A DNA stretch of 64,000 bases from an uncultured Rhodospirillaceae bacterium. GTDB lineage: Bacteria > Pseudomonadota > Alphaproteobacteria > MPNO01 > UBA830. Below the pieces are notes generated by a model that saw only the letters and a list, made by a program, of their open reading frames with translations, was not told the DNA's origin and ran no database searches. Below, piece after piece: positions 10,668 through 18,943 of the stretch (position 1 is the first letter of the stretch; every line of letters begins with the position of its first letter). Where the stretch lies: positions 74,006-138,005 of the forward strand of contig CAXBCP010000009.1 of NCBI GenBank assembly GCA_963974055.1, in the 5' to 3' direction. A program made the position numbers and the translations under genes.

Positions 10668-11029
10668 ACCGGGTGTTCCAGCGACGATACCGCCGGGCTG
10701 GAGGCAAACATCCAGCCGGCGAACAGGTCCGCCGGGTGTTCGCCGGCCCGTCTTTCGCGAATTTCGATATAGGCCGTGGTTTCGGGCGTTTCCTCGGGCG
10801 GGCGCTTGTGACAGCGCCTGACCGTGATATCGAGCGTGCCGAACCGGACCGAATGACCGACGGGCGCTTCGATGGTCGATACCCGGGCGGTGATCTTGTC
10901 GAGTCCCTGAAGGACCGCGACCTGCTGGGCGACCGCCGCGCCCGAAACGCCGACCGCCGACAGAACCGCCACGCCGCATAATACGGTCGCTCTGGCGGCG
11001 CGGGATATCCGCCGGGAAACCCTTGGCAT
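10619..11029 (-). CDS. DUF2155 domain periplasmic protein
   Basis: The start at MPRVSRRIS is internal to the listed ORF 10619..11530. It has a signal peptide, and its position next to mlaD and the NDUFA12-like gene is conserved in alphaproteobacteria. Confidence 0.6.
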   Translation of the reverse strand: MPRVSRRISRAARATVLCGVAVLSAVGVSGAAVAQQVAVLQGLDKITARVSTIEAPVGHSVRFGTLDITVRRCHKRPPEETPETTAYIEIRERRAGEHPADLFAGWMFASSPAVSSLEHPVYDVWVIDCKKASSSD

Positions 11030-11043
11030 CAGATCGCCCGCTC

Positions 11044-11505
11044 CTACTTTTTGTCGCCGTCCTTGCCGGTCTGGCTGAAAATCATCTGTCCGACCAGGCC
11101 CATCAGGTCGACCGAGCCCTGGGTGGTCGTGATCTCGCCCCCGGGCGGCAGCATCTCGTCGGCCCCGCCGGGCGACAGCGCAAGAAACTTGTCCCCCAGC
11201 AACCCGTCGGACGATACCGCGATCGACGTGTCTTCGGGCACCTTCACGTCGGTACGGATATTCATGGTCACGAGGGCGAAATAGGTCTTCGGGTCGAGCG
11301 CCGACGAGGTCACGGTGCCGATCTTGATGCCGCTCATCCGCACGTCGGAGCCGGCGCGCACGCCGTCGATGCGGTCGAACTTCGCCTTGATCTCGTAGCC
11401 GTCGACGGTGCCGATCTCGGCCTTGCTGTAGGCGAAGAAGATAAAGAACCCCGCCACGACGAGCACCACGGCCCCCATGACGGTTTCGATCAGGTTTTTG
11501 CGCAT
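11044..11505 (-). CDS. mlaD: outer membrane lipid asymmetry maintenance protein MlaD (MCE domain)
   Basis: 153 aa with an N-terminal transmembrane helix and an MCE fold (GYEIKAKFDRIDGVRAGSDVRMSGIKIG). Confidence 0.75.
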   Translation of the reverse strand: MRKNLIETVMGAVVLVVAGFFIFFAYSKAEIGTVDGYEIKAKFDRIDGVRAGSDVRMSGIKIGTVTSSALDPKTYFALVTMNIRTDVKVPEDTSIAVSSDGLLGDKFLALSPGGADEMLPPGGEITTTQGSVDLMGLVGQMIFSQTGKDGDKK

Positions 11506-11542
11506 TCGCTATCCATCCCTTAATCCGCAACGACGGCCGTCT

Positions 11543-11899
11543 TCAGGACGGCTGCCACGGCTCGTAATCTCCCGTCGCGCTGTCGCGCGCCCCGCCCTTG
11601 AGCACATGCCCCGGCGGACGGTACGCGCCCGGCGTGCCGGTCATGTTGGGAACGTGATCGGTCTGCCAGTCCCAGCGCTTTGCCGAATCGTCGTCGGGCA
11701 CGGCCTCGGTCGTGTGATGCAGCCACGAATGCCAGGCCGGCGGCACCCGCGATGCCTCGGCCTTGCCGTCATAGACGACCCAGCGCCGTTCGCGCGCGCC
11801 TGCGGGCGTGCGCCTGGCGCAGTAATAGCGGTTGCCCTGCGTATCGGTACCCACCTGCCTGCCGTTCAGCAGCGTGAAGAGTCTGGTGCCTATGGTCAT
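11543..11899 (-). CDS. NADH:ubiquinone oxidoreductase subunit NDUFA12-like protein
   Basis: 118 aa with the NDUFA12-family signature GNRYY...RRW. Confidence 0.65.
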   Translation of the reverse strand: MTIGTRLFTLLNGRQVGTDTQGNRYYCARRTPAGARERRWVVYDGKAEASRVPPAWHSWLHHTTEAVPDDDSAKRWDWQTDHVPNMTGTPGAYRPPGHVLKGGARDSATGDYEPWQPS

Positions 11900-12145
11900 G
11901 TCTGCCTCGTTTCCAGCGCGGGCCCGGTGCCCGGGCGCCGGAAGAAAGTGTTGGGCGAAAACTGGTTAATCAAGTCTGTCGGAATATCGCAAACCCCGGC
12001 CGCCGCGTCCAGTATGGCGCAGAATCGACAGACAAATGGTTAACAGTTTTATGGGCCGCAAGCTATTGAAAGATCACCGGAAAATTCGACACTGGATCGG
12101 ACGCTGACACGGCGCTAGGGTCGCTGGAAACAAAGGAGACTACGA

Positions 12146-12610
12146 ATGGCCGGACGTATCGATGCGCGTCTTAGCGAACTTGGAATCACGCTGCCGGAGG
12201 CGCCCGTCCCGTCGGCGAACTACGTGCCCTGCCGGCGCAGCGGCAACCAGGTCTTCATCGCCGGACAGGTGTCGATCACCGCGGAGACCAGCGCGACCGG
12301 CAAGGTCGGCGGCGATCTGTCGGTCGAGGACGGCTATGCCGCCGCCCGCCTGTGCGGGCTGAACATCCTGGCCCAGCTGCGCGCCGCGCTCGGCGACGAC
12401 ATCGACCGCGCCCGGGCGATCAAGCTCGGCGGCTTCGTCAATGCCGGGCCCGACTTCACCGGCCCGCCCGCGGTCGTCAACGGCGCGTCCGACCTGATGG
12501 TCGAGGTGTTCGGCGACGAGGCCGGCAAACACGCCCGGTTCGCGGTCGCCGTGGCCTCGCTGCCCGGCGGCGCCGCGGTCGAGGTCGACGCCATTTTCGA
12601 GATAGAGTAG
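12146..12610 (+). CDS. RidA/YjgF/TdcF-like family protein
   Basis: 154 aa. The C-terminal block ...ARFAVAVASLPGGAAVEVDAIFEI is typical of the RidA-fold family. Confidence 0.55.
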   Translation: MAGRIDARLSELGITLPEAPVPSANYVPCRRSGNQVFIAGQVSITAETSATGKVGGDLSVEDGYAAARLCGLNILAQLRAALGDDIDRARAIKLGGFVNAGPDFTGPPAVVNGASDLMVEVFGDEAGKHARFAVAVASLPGGAAVEVDAIFEIE

Positions 12611-12612
12611 CC

Positions 12613-13776
12613 ATGCCCGACGGCGGCGACGCGGTCACCGTAAAGGTCATATCCTCGCTCGACGAAGTCGCGGAGGCGCACTGGGATGCCTGCGCCGGGG
12701 ACGAGAACCCCTTCGTCTCGCACCGCTTTCTCAAGACGCTCGAGGATTCCGACGCCGCCACCGGCGAGGCCGGCTGGCTGCCCCAGCATATCGTCATCGA
12801 GGACGAGAACGGCATTGCCGGCTGCGCGCCGTGCTACCTGAAGAACCACTCCCACGGCGAATACGTCTTCGACTGGGGCTGGGCCGACGCCTATGAGCGC
12901 GCCGGCGGCCAGTACTATCCGAAGCTCCAGGTCTCGGTGCCGTTCTCGCCGGTCACCGGGCCGCGCCTGCTGGTCCGCGGTGGCGACGACAAGCCGCATA
13001 CCCGGCGCCTGCTGGCGGCCGGGCTGCTGGAACTGGCCAAGCAGCACAAGGTCTCGTCGCTCCACATCACCTTCCCGCTGGAAGAGGAATGGACCGAGCT
13101 CGGCGAGATGGGGCTGATCCAGCGCCAGGGCCAGCAGTTCCACTGGCAGAATAACGGCTATGGGACCTTCGACGATTTCCTCGACACCCTGAATTCGCGC
13201 AAGCGCAAGATGATCCGCAAGGAACGCGCCGCCGCCAATGCCGAGGTCGATATCCAGGTGCTGACGGGCGATGCCATAAAGCCCAAGCACATGCAGGCCT
13301 TCTATCATTTCTATATCAACACCGTGGACCGCAAATGGGCCCACGCCTATCTCAACTACGAGTTCTTCCAGCTGCTGCGCGAGCGCATGGCCGACAACGT
13401 GGTGCTGGTGATCGCCAGCCATGACGGCGACTACGTCGCCGGCGCCCTGAACCTGCGCGGCCCGAACACGCTGTGGGGCCGCAACTGGGGCTGCACGGAA
13501 CGCTTCCGCATGCTCTATTTCGAGACCTGCTTCTACCGCGGCATCGAGTTCGCGATTGAGAACGGCCTGTCCAGGGTCGAGGCCGGCGCCCAGGGGCCGC
13601 ACAAGATCAGCCGCGGCTACCTGCCGTCGCCGACCTACAGCGCCCACTGGATCCGCGACGAGGGCTTCCGCACCGCGGTCGCCGATTTCTGCGACCGCGA
13701 GCGCCGCGGCATCGAACACGAAATGGACTCCCTCAGCGACCTGTCTCCCTTCAAACGCGCGAATGAATCGCCTTAG
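12613..13776 (+). CDS. GNAT-fold N-acyltransferase family protein (PF04339/DUF482-like, FemAB-related)
   Basis: It starts at MPDGGDAVTV, inside listed ORF 12352..13776. Its start overlaps the stop of the preceding gene. Confidence 0.6.
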   Translation: MPDGGDAVTVKVISSLDEVAEAHWDACAGDENPFVSHRFLKTLEDSDAATGEAGWLPQHIVIEDENGIAGCAPCYLKNHSHGEYVFDWGWADAYERAGGQYYPKLQVSVPFSPVTGPRLLVRGGDDKPHTRRLLAAGLLELAKQHKVSSLHITFPLEEEWTELGEMGLIQRQGQQFHWQNNGYGTFDDFLDTLNSRKRKMIRKERAAANAEVDIQVLTGDAIKPKHMQAFYHFYINTVDRKWAHAYLNYEFFQLLRERMADNVVLVIASHDGDYVAGALNLRGPNTLWGRNWGCTERFRMLYFETCFYRGIEFAIENGLSRVEAGAQGPHKISRGYLPSPTYSAHWIRDEGFRTAVADFCDRERRGIEHEMDSLSDLSPFKRANESP

Positions 13777-13883
13777 CCCCCCTCCCTGGCCCTCCCCCCG
13801 CAAGCGGGGAGAGGGGATTACACATTCGTCCGTCTCGCACACCCTGTCCCCTCTCCCTTTAGGGGGAGGGTCAGGGAGGGGGT
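13777..13883. repeat. nested palindromic intergenic element (REP/MITE-like)
   Basis: The outer arms cccccctccctggccctcccccc (13777-13799) and gggggagggtcagggaggggg (13863-13883) are reverse complements with 1 mismatch. Inner arms ggggagagggg and cccctctccc are also inverted, and there is a ccccgcAAgcgggg hairpin just after the stop codon. Confidence 0.6.
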
Positions 13884-13947
13884 TCTCAGCGAGCGATTAT
13901 TCTGCGACGAATAAGGTTCGTTTTTCCGCTCCAAACCGGGTTTTCCC

Positions 13948-14781
13948 ATGACTGACTTCGAAGACATCCCCTATCGCACGATCGACGGCCACACGCTGGA
14001 GGCGCGGCTCTACCGGCCCGCCGGCAGCGGCCCCGACATTAGCCCCGACAGCGGCCCGGCGCGCTGGGTCGTGGACGTTCACGGCGGCGCCTGGGGCTCC
14101 GGCGACAGGCTCAACAACCAGGTCATCCACGAAGACCTCGCAGCCCACGGTATCGGCGTCTTCGCGCTCGATTTCCGCCTGTCGGACACGGCGCAGTATC
14201 CGGCTATGGTCGACGACGTCAGCTACGGCATCCGCTGGTTCAAGGCCAATGCCGCTGCCCTCGGCGTGAATGCCGCGACCATCGGCGGGCTCGGCTCGTC
14301 GAGCGGCGCGCAGCAACTGGGGCTGGTCGCGCTGTGTCCCGCCAACCCGCGCTGGACGACGCCGGATGCCGCCCTCGGCGACGCCGATGCGAGCATCGAT
14401 TTCTTCGTCGCCGGCTGGCCGATCCTCGATCCGCTGGCGCGCTACCGCATGGTGCGCGACGCCGGCAACGAGCGCCTGGTCGCCGCCCACGATGCCTGTT
14501 TCGCGACCGAGGCCGACATGGCGGAGGGCAACCCCTGCGCGCTGCTCGACCGCGGCGAGGCCACCCACCTGCCGCCAATGATCGTCATCCAGGGCACGGC
14601 GGACGCCAATGTCGAACACACCTGGCAGGACCGCTTCGCCGATCTCTACCGCGCCAAGGGCGGCACGGTGGAGATGCACAAATACGACGGCCAGCCCCAC
14701 ACCTTCGTGACCGCCGACCCGACCTCGGCGGCATCCCTGGATGCGATTGTGAAGATCCGGGAATTCGTCCTCGCGGTCTGA
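13948..14781 (+). CDS. alpha/beta hydrolase (esterase/lipase-type)
   Basis: 277 aa with an HGGAW oxyanion motif and the nucleophile elbow GLGSSSG. Confidence 0.65.
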   Translation: MTDFEDIPYRTIDGHTLEARLYRPAGSGPDISPDSGPARWVVDVHGGAWGSGDRLNNQVIHEDLAAHGIGVFALDFRLSDTAQYPAMVDDVSYGIRWFKANAAALGVNAATIGGLGSSSGAQQLGLVALCPANPRWTTPDAALGDADASIDFFVAGWPILDPLARYRMVRDAGNERLVAAHDACFATEADMAEGNPCALLDRGEATHLPPMIVIQGTADANVEHTWQDRFADLYRAKGGTVEMHKYDGQPHTFVTADPTSAASLDAIVKIREFVLAV

Positions 14782-14829
14782 TCTTCTGTCGGCGCCGGGG
14801 GAATCGCTTCCCCGGCCCGCCACCAAACC

Positions 14830-15085
14830 AAAACCCGTAAAACAACCCCATGCACCCGAAGGGAAGGGATGGCATTGACGGGAGATCCCCGCCGCCGCGG
14901 GGATGACCACCGCCCCGGCCCGCCGGTCCGGTGCCGCGAAACGCAAACCCGCAATTCAACCCCATGCACCCGAAGGGAAGGGACGGCAGTGGCGGGCCGC
15001 GTCCCTGCCCGGGCGGGACCGCCGCCCCGGCCCGCCGCAAATCGCAAACCCGCAATTCAACCCCATACACCCGAAGCTCCGGAAT
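14830..15085. repeat. tandem direct repeat, unit of about 105-115 bp in roughly 2.3 copies
   Basis: The unit runs aaacccgcaattcaaccccatgcacccgaagggaaggga...gccccggcccgcc...cgcaaacccgcaattc. It appears from about 14830, about 14944 and about 15045 (the last copy partial), and each unit contains an internal GC hairpin. Confidence 0.7.
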
Positions 15086-15584
15086 ACCCTTCACGGAAAA
15101 CGGAACCCCGCCGCACGGAACCCTTTCGCCAACCGGCCGCGCCGACTGACGCCGGGATATCGCCCGGAAGCCGCCGGGATGCCGGCGCGATGCCGCCCGA
15201 ATTGCGATTAATTATCTGTCGTAGCGCCTCTCCCCTGTCGTGATCGTCCGGCCTGCCGATACCGGAACGCAACCCGACAGGGAGTGTAACACAAAAAGAA
15301 CAAATAACGAACATATATGACTGAGCTGATTCAGCTTGAAATTTATCAGGATTGAAAGATCAGCGCCCAACCGGCCACCGCCTCTCTAACTAGGTTGTCG
15401 ACCTTCCAATCAGATTCCACTCATAAACGGGGGAATGACGGGGACAAGGTCAAAAACAATGCCACCACCGAGTTTCTCATCAACGGAGTTCAACTAGAAA
15501 AATCGATCAAACGGGTTAGAGCCAAGTTAAAATTTTTGATCAGCTGACAATTTTAATAGCCCTTCCTAAACTAGGTCACTCGCG

Positions 15585-15599
15585 ACCAACTTAAAGTTG
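15585..15599. promoter_or_regulatory. perfect palindrome ccaacttaaagttgg in the AT-rich leader about 70 bp upstream of the NLR-like gene (candidate operator)
   Basis: ccaactt / aagttgg are inverted. Upstream direct motifs ctaactaggt (15386-15395) and ctaaactaggt (15567-15577) are also present. Confidence 0.3.
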
Positions 15600-15671
15600 G
15601 CTGTTCCGTATCTTGCAATCACAAGAACAATCATTCAACTTTGTGGAGAAAATTCACTTTAGGCGAAGAAC

Positions 15672-18557
15672 ATGCCCCTCGTTGAAACATTGGTTTTATC
15701 TCTTGGAGCATCTTTATCAAAGGCTGCCATAAAACTCTGGATGTCAGATTCCGGATTAGCAATCGACGCATCTTCTGCTTTAGTCGACACGTTCAAAAAG
15801 CATCTGCCTGATGAACTTTCTAGGCGAAGGGCCAATCGACTTTACGAACAGATTGCTGAACAAACGGCGGAAAAAATTGAGCCACTATTTCGACAAGAAT
15901 TCGGTCGGCTCGAAGATGATCGCAAAGAACGCGTCGCCCTAGCTGTTGCAAAGACAATCGATGACGCTGGTGCTTCGGCTGAAATTCTCGCTCAGTTGGA
16001 TTTCGACCCGGTAAAACTCGAGACATACTTTAACAAGTTCAATTCGACTGCAGAATTTTCGCTTACGGCAACGCAATCCGTTTTCTACGAACGAATTCTC
16101 AGAGAATCTTGTTTCTACATTATCGAGATTGCTAACAATTTGCCGACGTTAAAAACGGCAATAGCGTCAGAAATTCTTAAACGCCAAACCGAAATACTAG
16201 AGAAAATCGAAAAGATTCTAAAAAATATACCGGAGAGTATATTTGACTCATCAAAAGACAGTGACGTCGAAGGCTTCGAGAACTTATATCGACGGACGAT
16301 TTCATCGAAGTTAGATGAAATCGAGCTACACGGATTGAGCTTACGGTCAGTGAACCCACGATACAGTTTATCTGTCGCATACATCAGCCTCATGATGTCC
16401 CTCGGGGGGAAACTTGCTCAAAATGAAGAGACCATCAACCGCGTACCCGTCGGAAAAGCATTCGCGGGAGGGAAACGATTCCTAATTTTTGGAGAGCCCG
16501 GTTCCGGGAAGACAACTCTGTTAAAATGGATTGCAGTTCAGACAGCAAAATTGAATTTTGAAAACGAACTCGCTGAATGGAATAACTGTTTTCCATTTTT
16601 CGTCCGATTACGCCGTTATTCTGTAGGTGAATTTCCAGTTGGCGCAAAATTAGTAACGCATTTGGCGCCGACATTGGAAGGTCATCTACCCCATCAGTGG
16701 GTAGAAAAAAAATTAAATTCCGGACAAGCAATTCTGTTAGTCGACGGCCTTGATGAACTACCAGAAAACAAAAGGAATTCGGCAAGGAAATGGCTTAAGG
16801 AACTGGCCGAAGTTTACGCAAACGCGACAATAATTGTCACATCTCGCCCGCCCGCTGTACCGCGCACCTGGCTAGACTCTGTAAATTTCGATGTGCGGGA
16901 AATTCAACCAATGAACTCGCACGAGATCACAACGTTCATTAATTATTGGCACACTGCCGAAAAGGAAGCAATTAATGATCCAGTCATTGTAGAAAGGATC
17001 GATCGAGCCGGAAAGACGTTGAAGAACGAAATTTCCAATAATGACGAACTGCGAAATTTGTGCACTACGCCATTATTAGGCGCAATGATATGCGCGCTCT
17101 ATTTGGAAAGAAAGGAGCACCTACCGGCAGATAGGTTGGACCTTTACTCTATGACACTCGATTCAATCTTAGAGGGGCGAGATAACGAAAGAGACATCCC
17201 TCAAATTTACGAATTTGATCTGACTAAGCGGGAAAAAGAGTACCTGCTTATGAGCATCGCACAATGGTTTCTTCTGAATGGAAAAGTCGATGCCTCTATC
17301 AACGACGTCAAACTCCACCTTGAATCTGTAGCTTCTCGTTTTGGAGATGGTGATCTAACGGCAGACCAACTCCTAAACTTCCTATTAGAACGAAGTGGCG
17401 TTCTTCGCACGCCAGCCGTTGGAAGCTTAGATTTCATTCACAAGACATTTCAAGAGTATCTTGGAGCAAAAGCTATTGTCACCGACAACAATATTGGATT
17501 GTTAGTCCTATCTGCGCACGTCCCCGAATGGCGTGAAGTCGTGGTTCTCGCGGCAGGCCTCTCCAACAACCCACAATTAACCGAACTAATTGATGGGATA
17601 TTAGATCGATCTGAAAAATCATCAGATATCGAAAGTAATATTTTAAAAATTGTGGCTGTAGCCTGCAAAGGTACCGTAGCAATATGGCCTCCCGGGGTAG
17701 CAGATCGACTAGACACCGTTTTTGCCGAGCTCTTCCCGCCTCGTGATATATGGGCTGCAAGAAGCATTGCAAAAGCCGGCCCACAGGCACTCGACTACCT
17801 ATCAGGCTACCAAGACGAAGAAGACGCTATTGCCGCAGCTTGTATCCATGCAATCATCTCAATTGGCGGGAAAAAAGCACTCGAAACCCTAGAAGCATAC
17901 GGGTCCAATTCTGGAGCGCTTGCCGCTACAGAACTATTGCAAGGTTGGGACTATTTTGACCAGCTCCAGTACGCAAAGTTAATATTGAAAAAAAACAACG
18001 CCCGTTTTGGAATAAACTGGAATGACAGAAATAATTTGGAAGGAATTCAATATTTAAAGAATCTGCATTCTTTTGAACTATCCGATTCATGGAAGATTCG
18101 AAGTATCAATAATCTAAAGAACGCCAAAAAACTAAAACACTTAGTACTAAAGAATTGCAACTCGCTCGATTCAATATCAGCCCTTAAAAATCTTTCCGAA
18201 TTAAGACACCTGACCATCGAGAATTCACCTGACATCAAATCCATCAAAGCAATAGAATCTCTGATCCACCTAAAAGAATTATACTTAGATGGCTGCTCTA
18301 GAATATCAAATTTATTACCAATATCAAATTTAACTCAATTACAAATCCTGCACCTAAACGGTCTATATAATCTCACCGATCTTGATTTTATCAGTAAACT
18401 CAAAAGCCTCGAACAACTAGATTTAACAGGTTGCTATGGAATAACAGATTTAATACCGTTAGCCCGACTCCCCAATCTCACAACCGTCTATCTCCCAGAA
18501 TTAAATTACGACCAAAATTTGCCGAGTGAATTTATTGAACGGGTAGAAATTTTATAG
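15672..18557 (+). CDS. NLR-like STAND NTPase with an unknown helical N-terminal domain, NACHT, HEAT-like repeats and C-terminal leucine-rich repeats
   Basis: 961 aa. The NACHT domain shows Walker A GEPGSGKTTLLKWIA (aa 275-289), Walker B AILLVDGLDELP (aa 353-364), sensor-1 IIVTSRP and the NLR-type winged-helix motif DFIHKTFQEYLGAKAI. HEAT/PBS-like repeats span roughly aa 690-750. Eight or more LRRs follow (LKNLHSFELSDS..., LKHLVLKNCNSLDSISALKNLSELRHLTI..., LKELYLDGCSRISNL...). The N-terminal ~265 aa are all-helical with no recognisable motif. The gene is low-GC. Confidence 0.8.
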   Translation: MPLVETLVLSLGASLSKAAIKLWMSDSGLAIDASSALVDTFKKHLPDELSRRRANRLYEQIAEQTAEKIEPLFRQEFGRLEDDRKERVALAVAKTIDDAGASAEILAQLDFDPVKLETYFNKFNSTAEFSLTATQSVFYERILRESCFYIIEIANNLPTLKTAIASEILKRQTEILEKIEKILKNIPESIFDSSKDSDVEGFENLYRRTISSKLDEIELHGLSLRSVNPRYSLSVAYISLMMSLGGKLAQNEETINRVPVGKAFAGGKRFLIFGEPGSGKTTLLKWIAVQTAKLNFENELAEWNNCFPFFVRLRRYSVGEFPVGAKLVTHLAPTLEGHLPHQWVEKKLNSGQAILLVDGLDELPENKRNSARKWLKELAEVYANATIIVTSRPPAVPRTWLDSVNFDVREIQPMNSHEITTFINYWHTAEKEAINDPVIVERIDRAGKTLKNEISNNDELRNLCTTPLLGAMICALYLERKEHLPADRLDLYSMTLDSILEGRDNERDIPQIYEFDLTKREKEYLLMSIAQWFLLNGKVDASINDVKLHLESVASRFGDGDLTADQLLNFLLERSGVLRTPAVGSLDFIHKTFQEYLGAKAIVTDNNIGLLVLSAHVPEWREVVVLAAGLSNNPQLTELIDGILDRSEKSSDIESNILKIVAVACKGTVAIWPPGVADRLDTVFAELFPPRDIWAARSIAKAGPQALDYLSGYQDEEDAIAAACIHAIISIGGKKALETLEAYGSNSGALAATELLQGWDYFDQLQYAKLILKKNNARFGINWNDRNNLEGIQYLKNLHSFELSDSWKIRSINNLKNAKKLKHLVLKNCNSLDSISALKNLSELRHLTIENSPDIKSIKAIESLIHLKELYLDGCSRISNLLPISNLTQLQILHLNGLYNLTDLDFISKLKSLEQLDLTGCYGITDLIPLARLPNLTTVYLPELNYDQNLPSEFIERVEIL

Positions 18558-18595
18558 TTTGCGGATATTAATTCATCACATAATGCTTCCAGAGC

Positions 18596-18632
18596 GCGAA
18601 AAAAGGGCTTAGCGAAAACCGACTAAGCCCTT
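18596..18632 (+). terminator. rho-independent terminator of the NLR-like gene
   Basis: Hairpin gggcttag-N10-ctaagccc followed by ttgcaattgttgg. Confidence 0.5.
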
Positions 18633-18768
18633 GCAATTGTTGGTTGCGGGGGCACGATTTAAACCTGCGGCCTTCAGGTTATGAGCGTGATTGTCAATAA
18701 TCCTGCGCAATCCCATAAACTTCCAAAAAAAAACGACCATGAAAATCCGGGTATCCGCGCCGGGATAC

Positions 18769-18849
18769 CCCCCACAAAAAAACCCGGCACAGGGCCGGGT
18801 TTCTTTTCGTCGGGAACGAGCGGAGGGTTATTCCACGAATTCCTCGACC
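18769..18849. repeat. direct repeat A: partial duplicate of the clpA 3' end plus its terminator
   Basis: 81 bp, nearly identical to 19710-19790 with 4 mismatches confined to the spacer between stop codon and hairpin. It includes the aaacccggcacagggccgggttt hairpin and the last about 21 nt of the clpA reading frame, but here it is not attached to any gene. Confidence 0.8.
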
Positions 18850-18943
18850 TTGACGGGACATCGATCTGGCGCGCCGGCTCTGTAAGTTCGTCTTTCAGAA
18901 CCTCGCCGGGATGAGCTAGCTGTTTCAACAGCTGCGCCGTGCC

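Larger units (their letters stand above)
15290..18768. mobile_element. horizontally acquired low-GC island carrying a single NLR-like gene; no integrase or transposase is visible
   Basis: GC drops abruptly from about 65% to about 40% near 15290 and returns near 18770. The region has AT-rich intergenic flanks, foreign codon usage, and sits next to the TA cassette and duplicated clpA 3' end sequence. Confidence 0.55.

Noticed and set aside
14795-14817. Hairpin gccggggga-atcgct-tccccggc after the alpha/beta hydrolase gene, considered as a terminator
   Set aside because: No T-tract follows it, so it is at best a weak or rho-dependent signal. It was not listed as a feature.
18633-18768. tRNA-like fragment (ggttgcgggggcacgatttaaacctgcggccttcaggtt...) between the NLR-like gene and repeat A
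   Set aside because: I cannot fold it into a cloverleaf; it lacks the GTTCRANYC T-loop and a paired acceptor stem. It is more likely junction debris of the insertion event. A local hairpin is present (gggtatcc-N6-ggataccc) but nothing more.
18674-18928. 84-aa minus-strand ORF spanning repeat A, which could be read as a truncated clpA-derived pseudogene
   Set aside because: The clpA-derived coding part is only ~7 codons (VEEFVE-stop). The upstream frame is unrelated low-complexity sequence, so this is an att-type duplication rather than a pseudogene.
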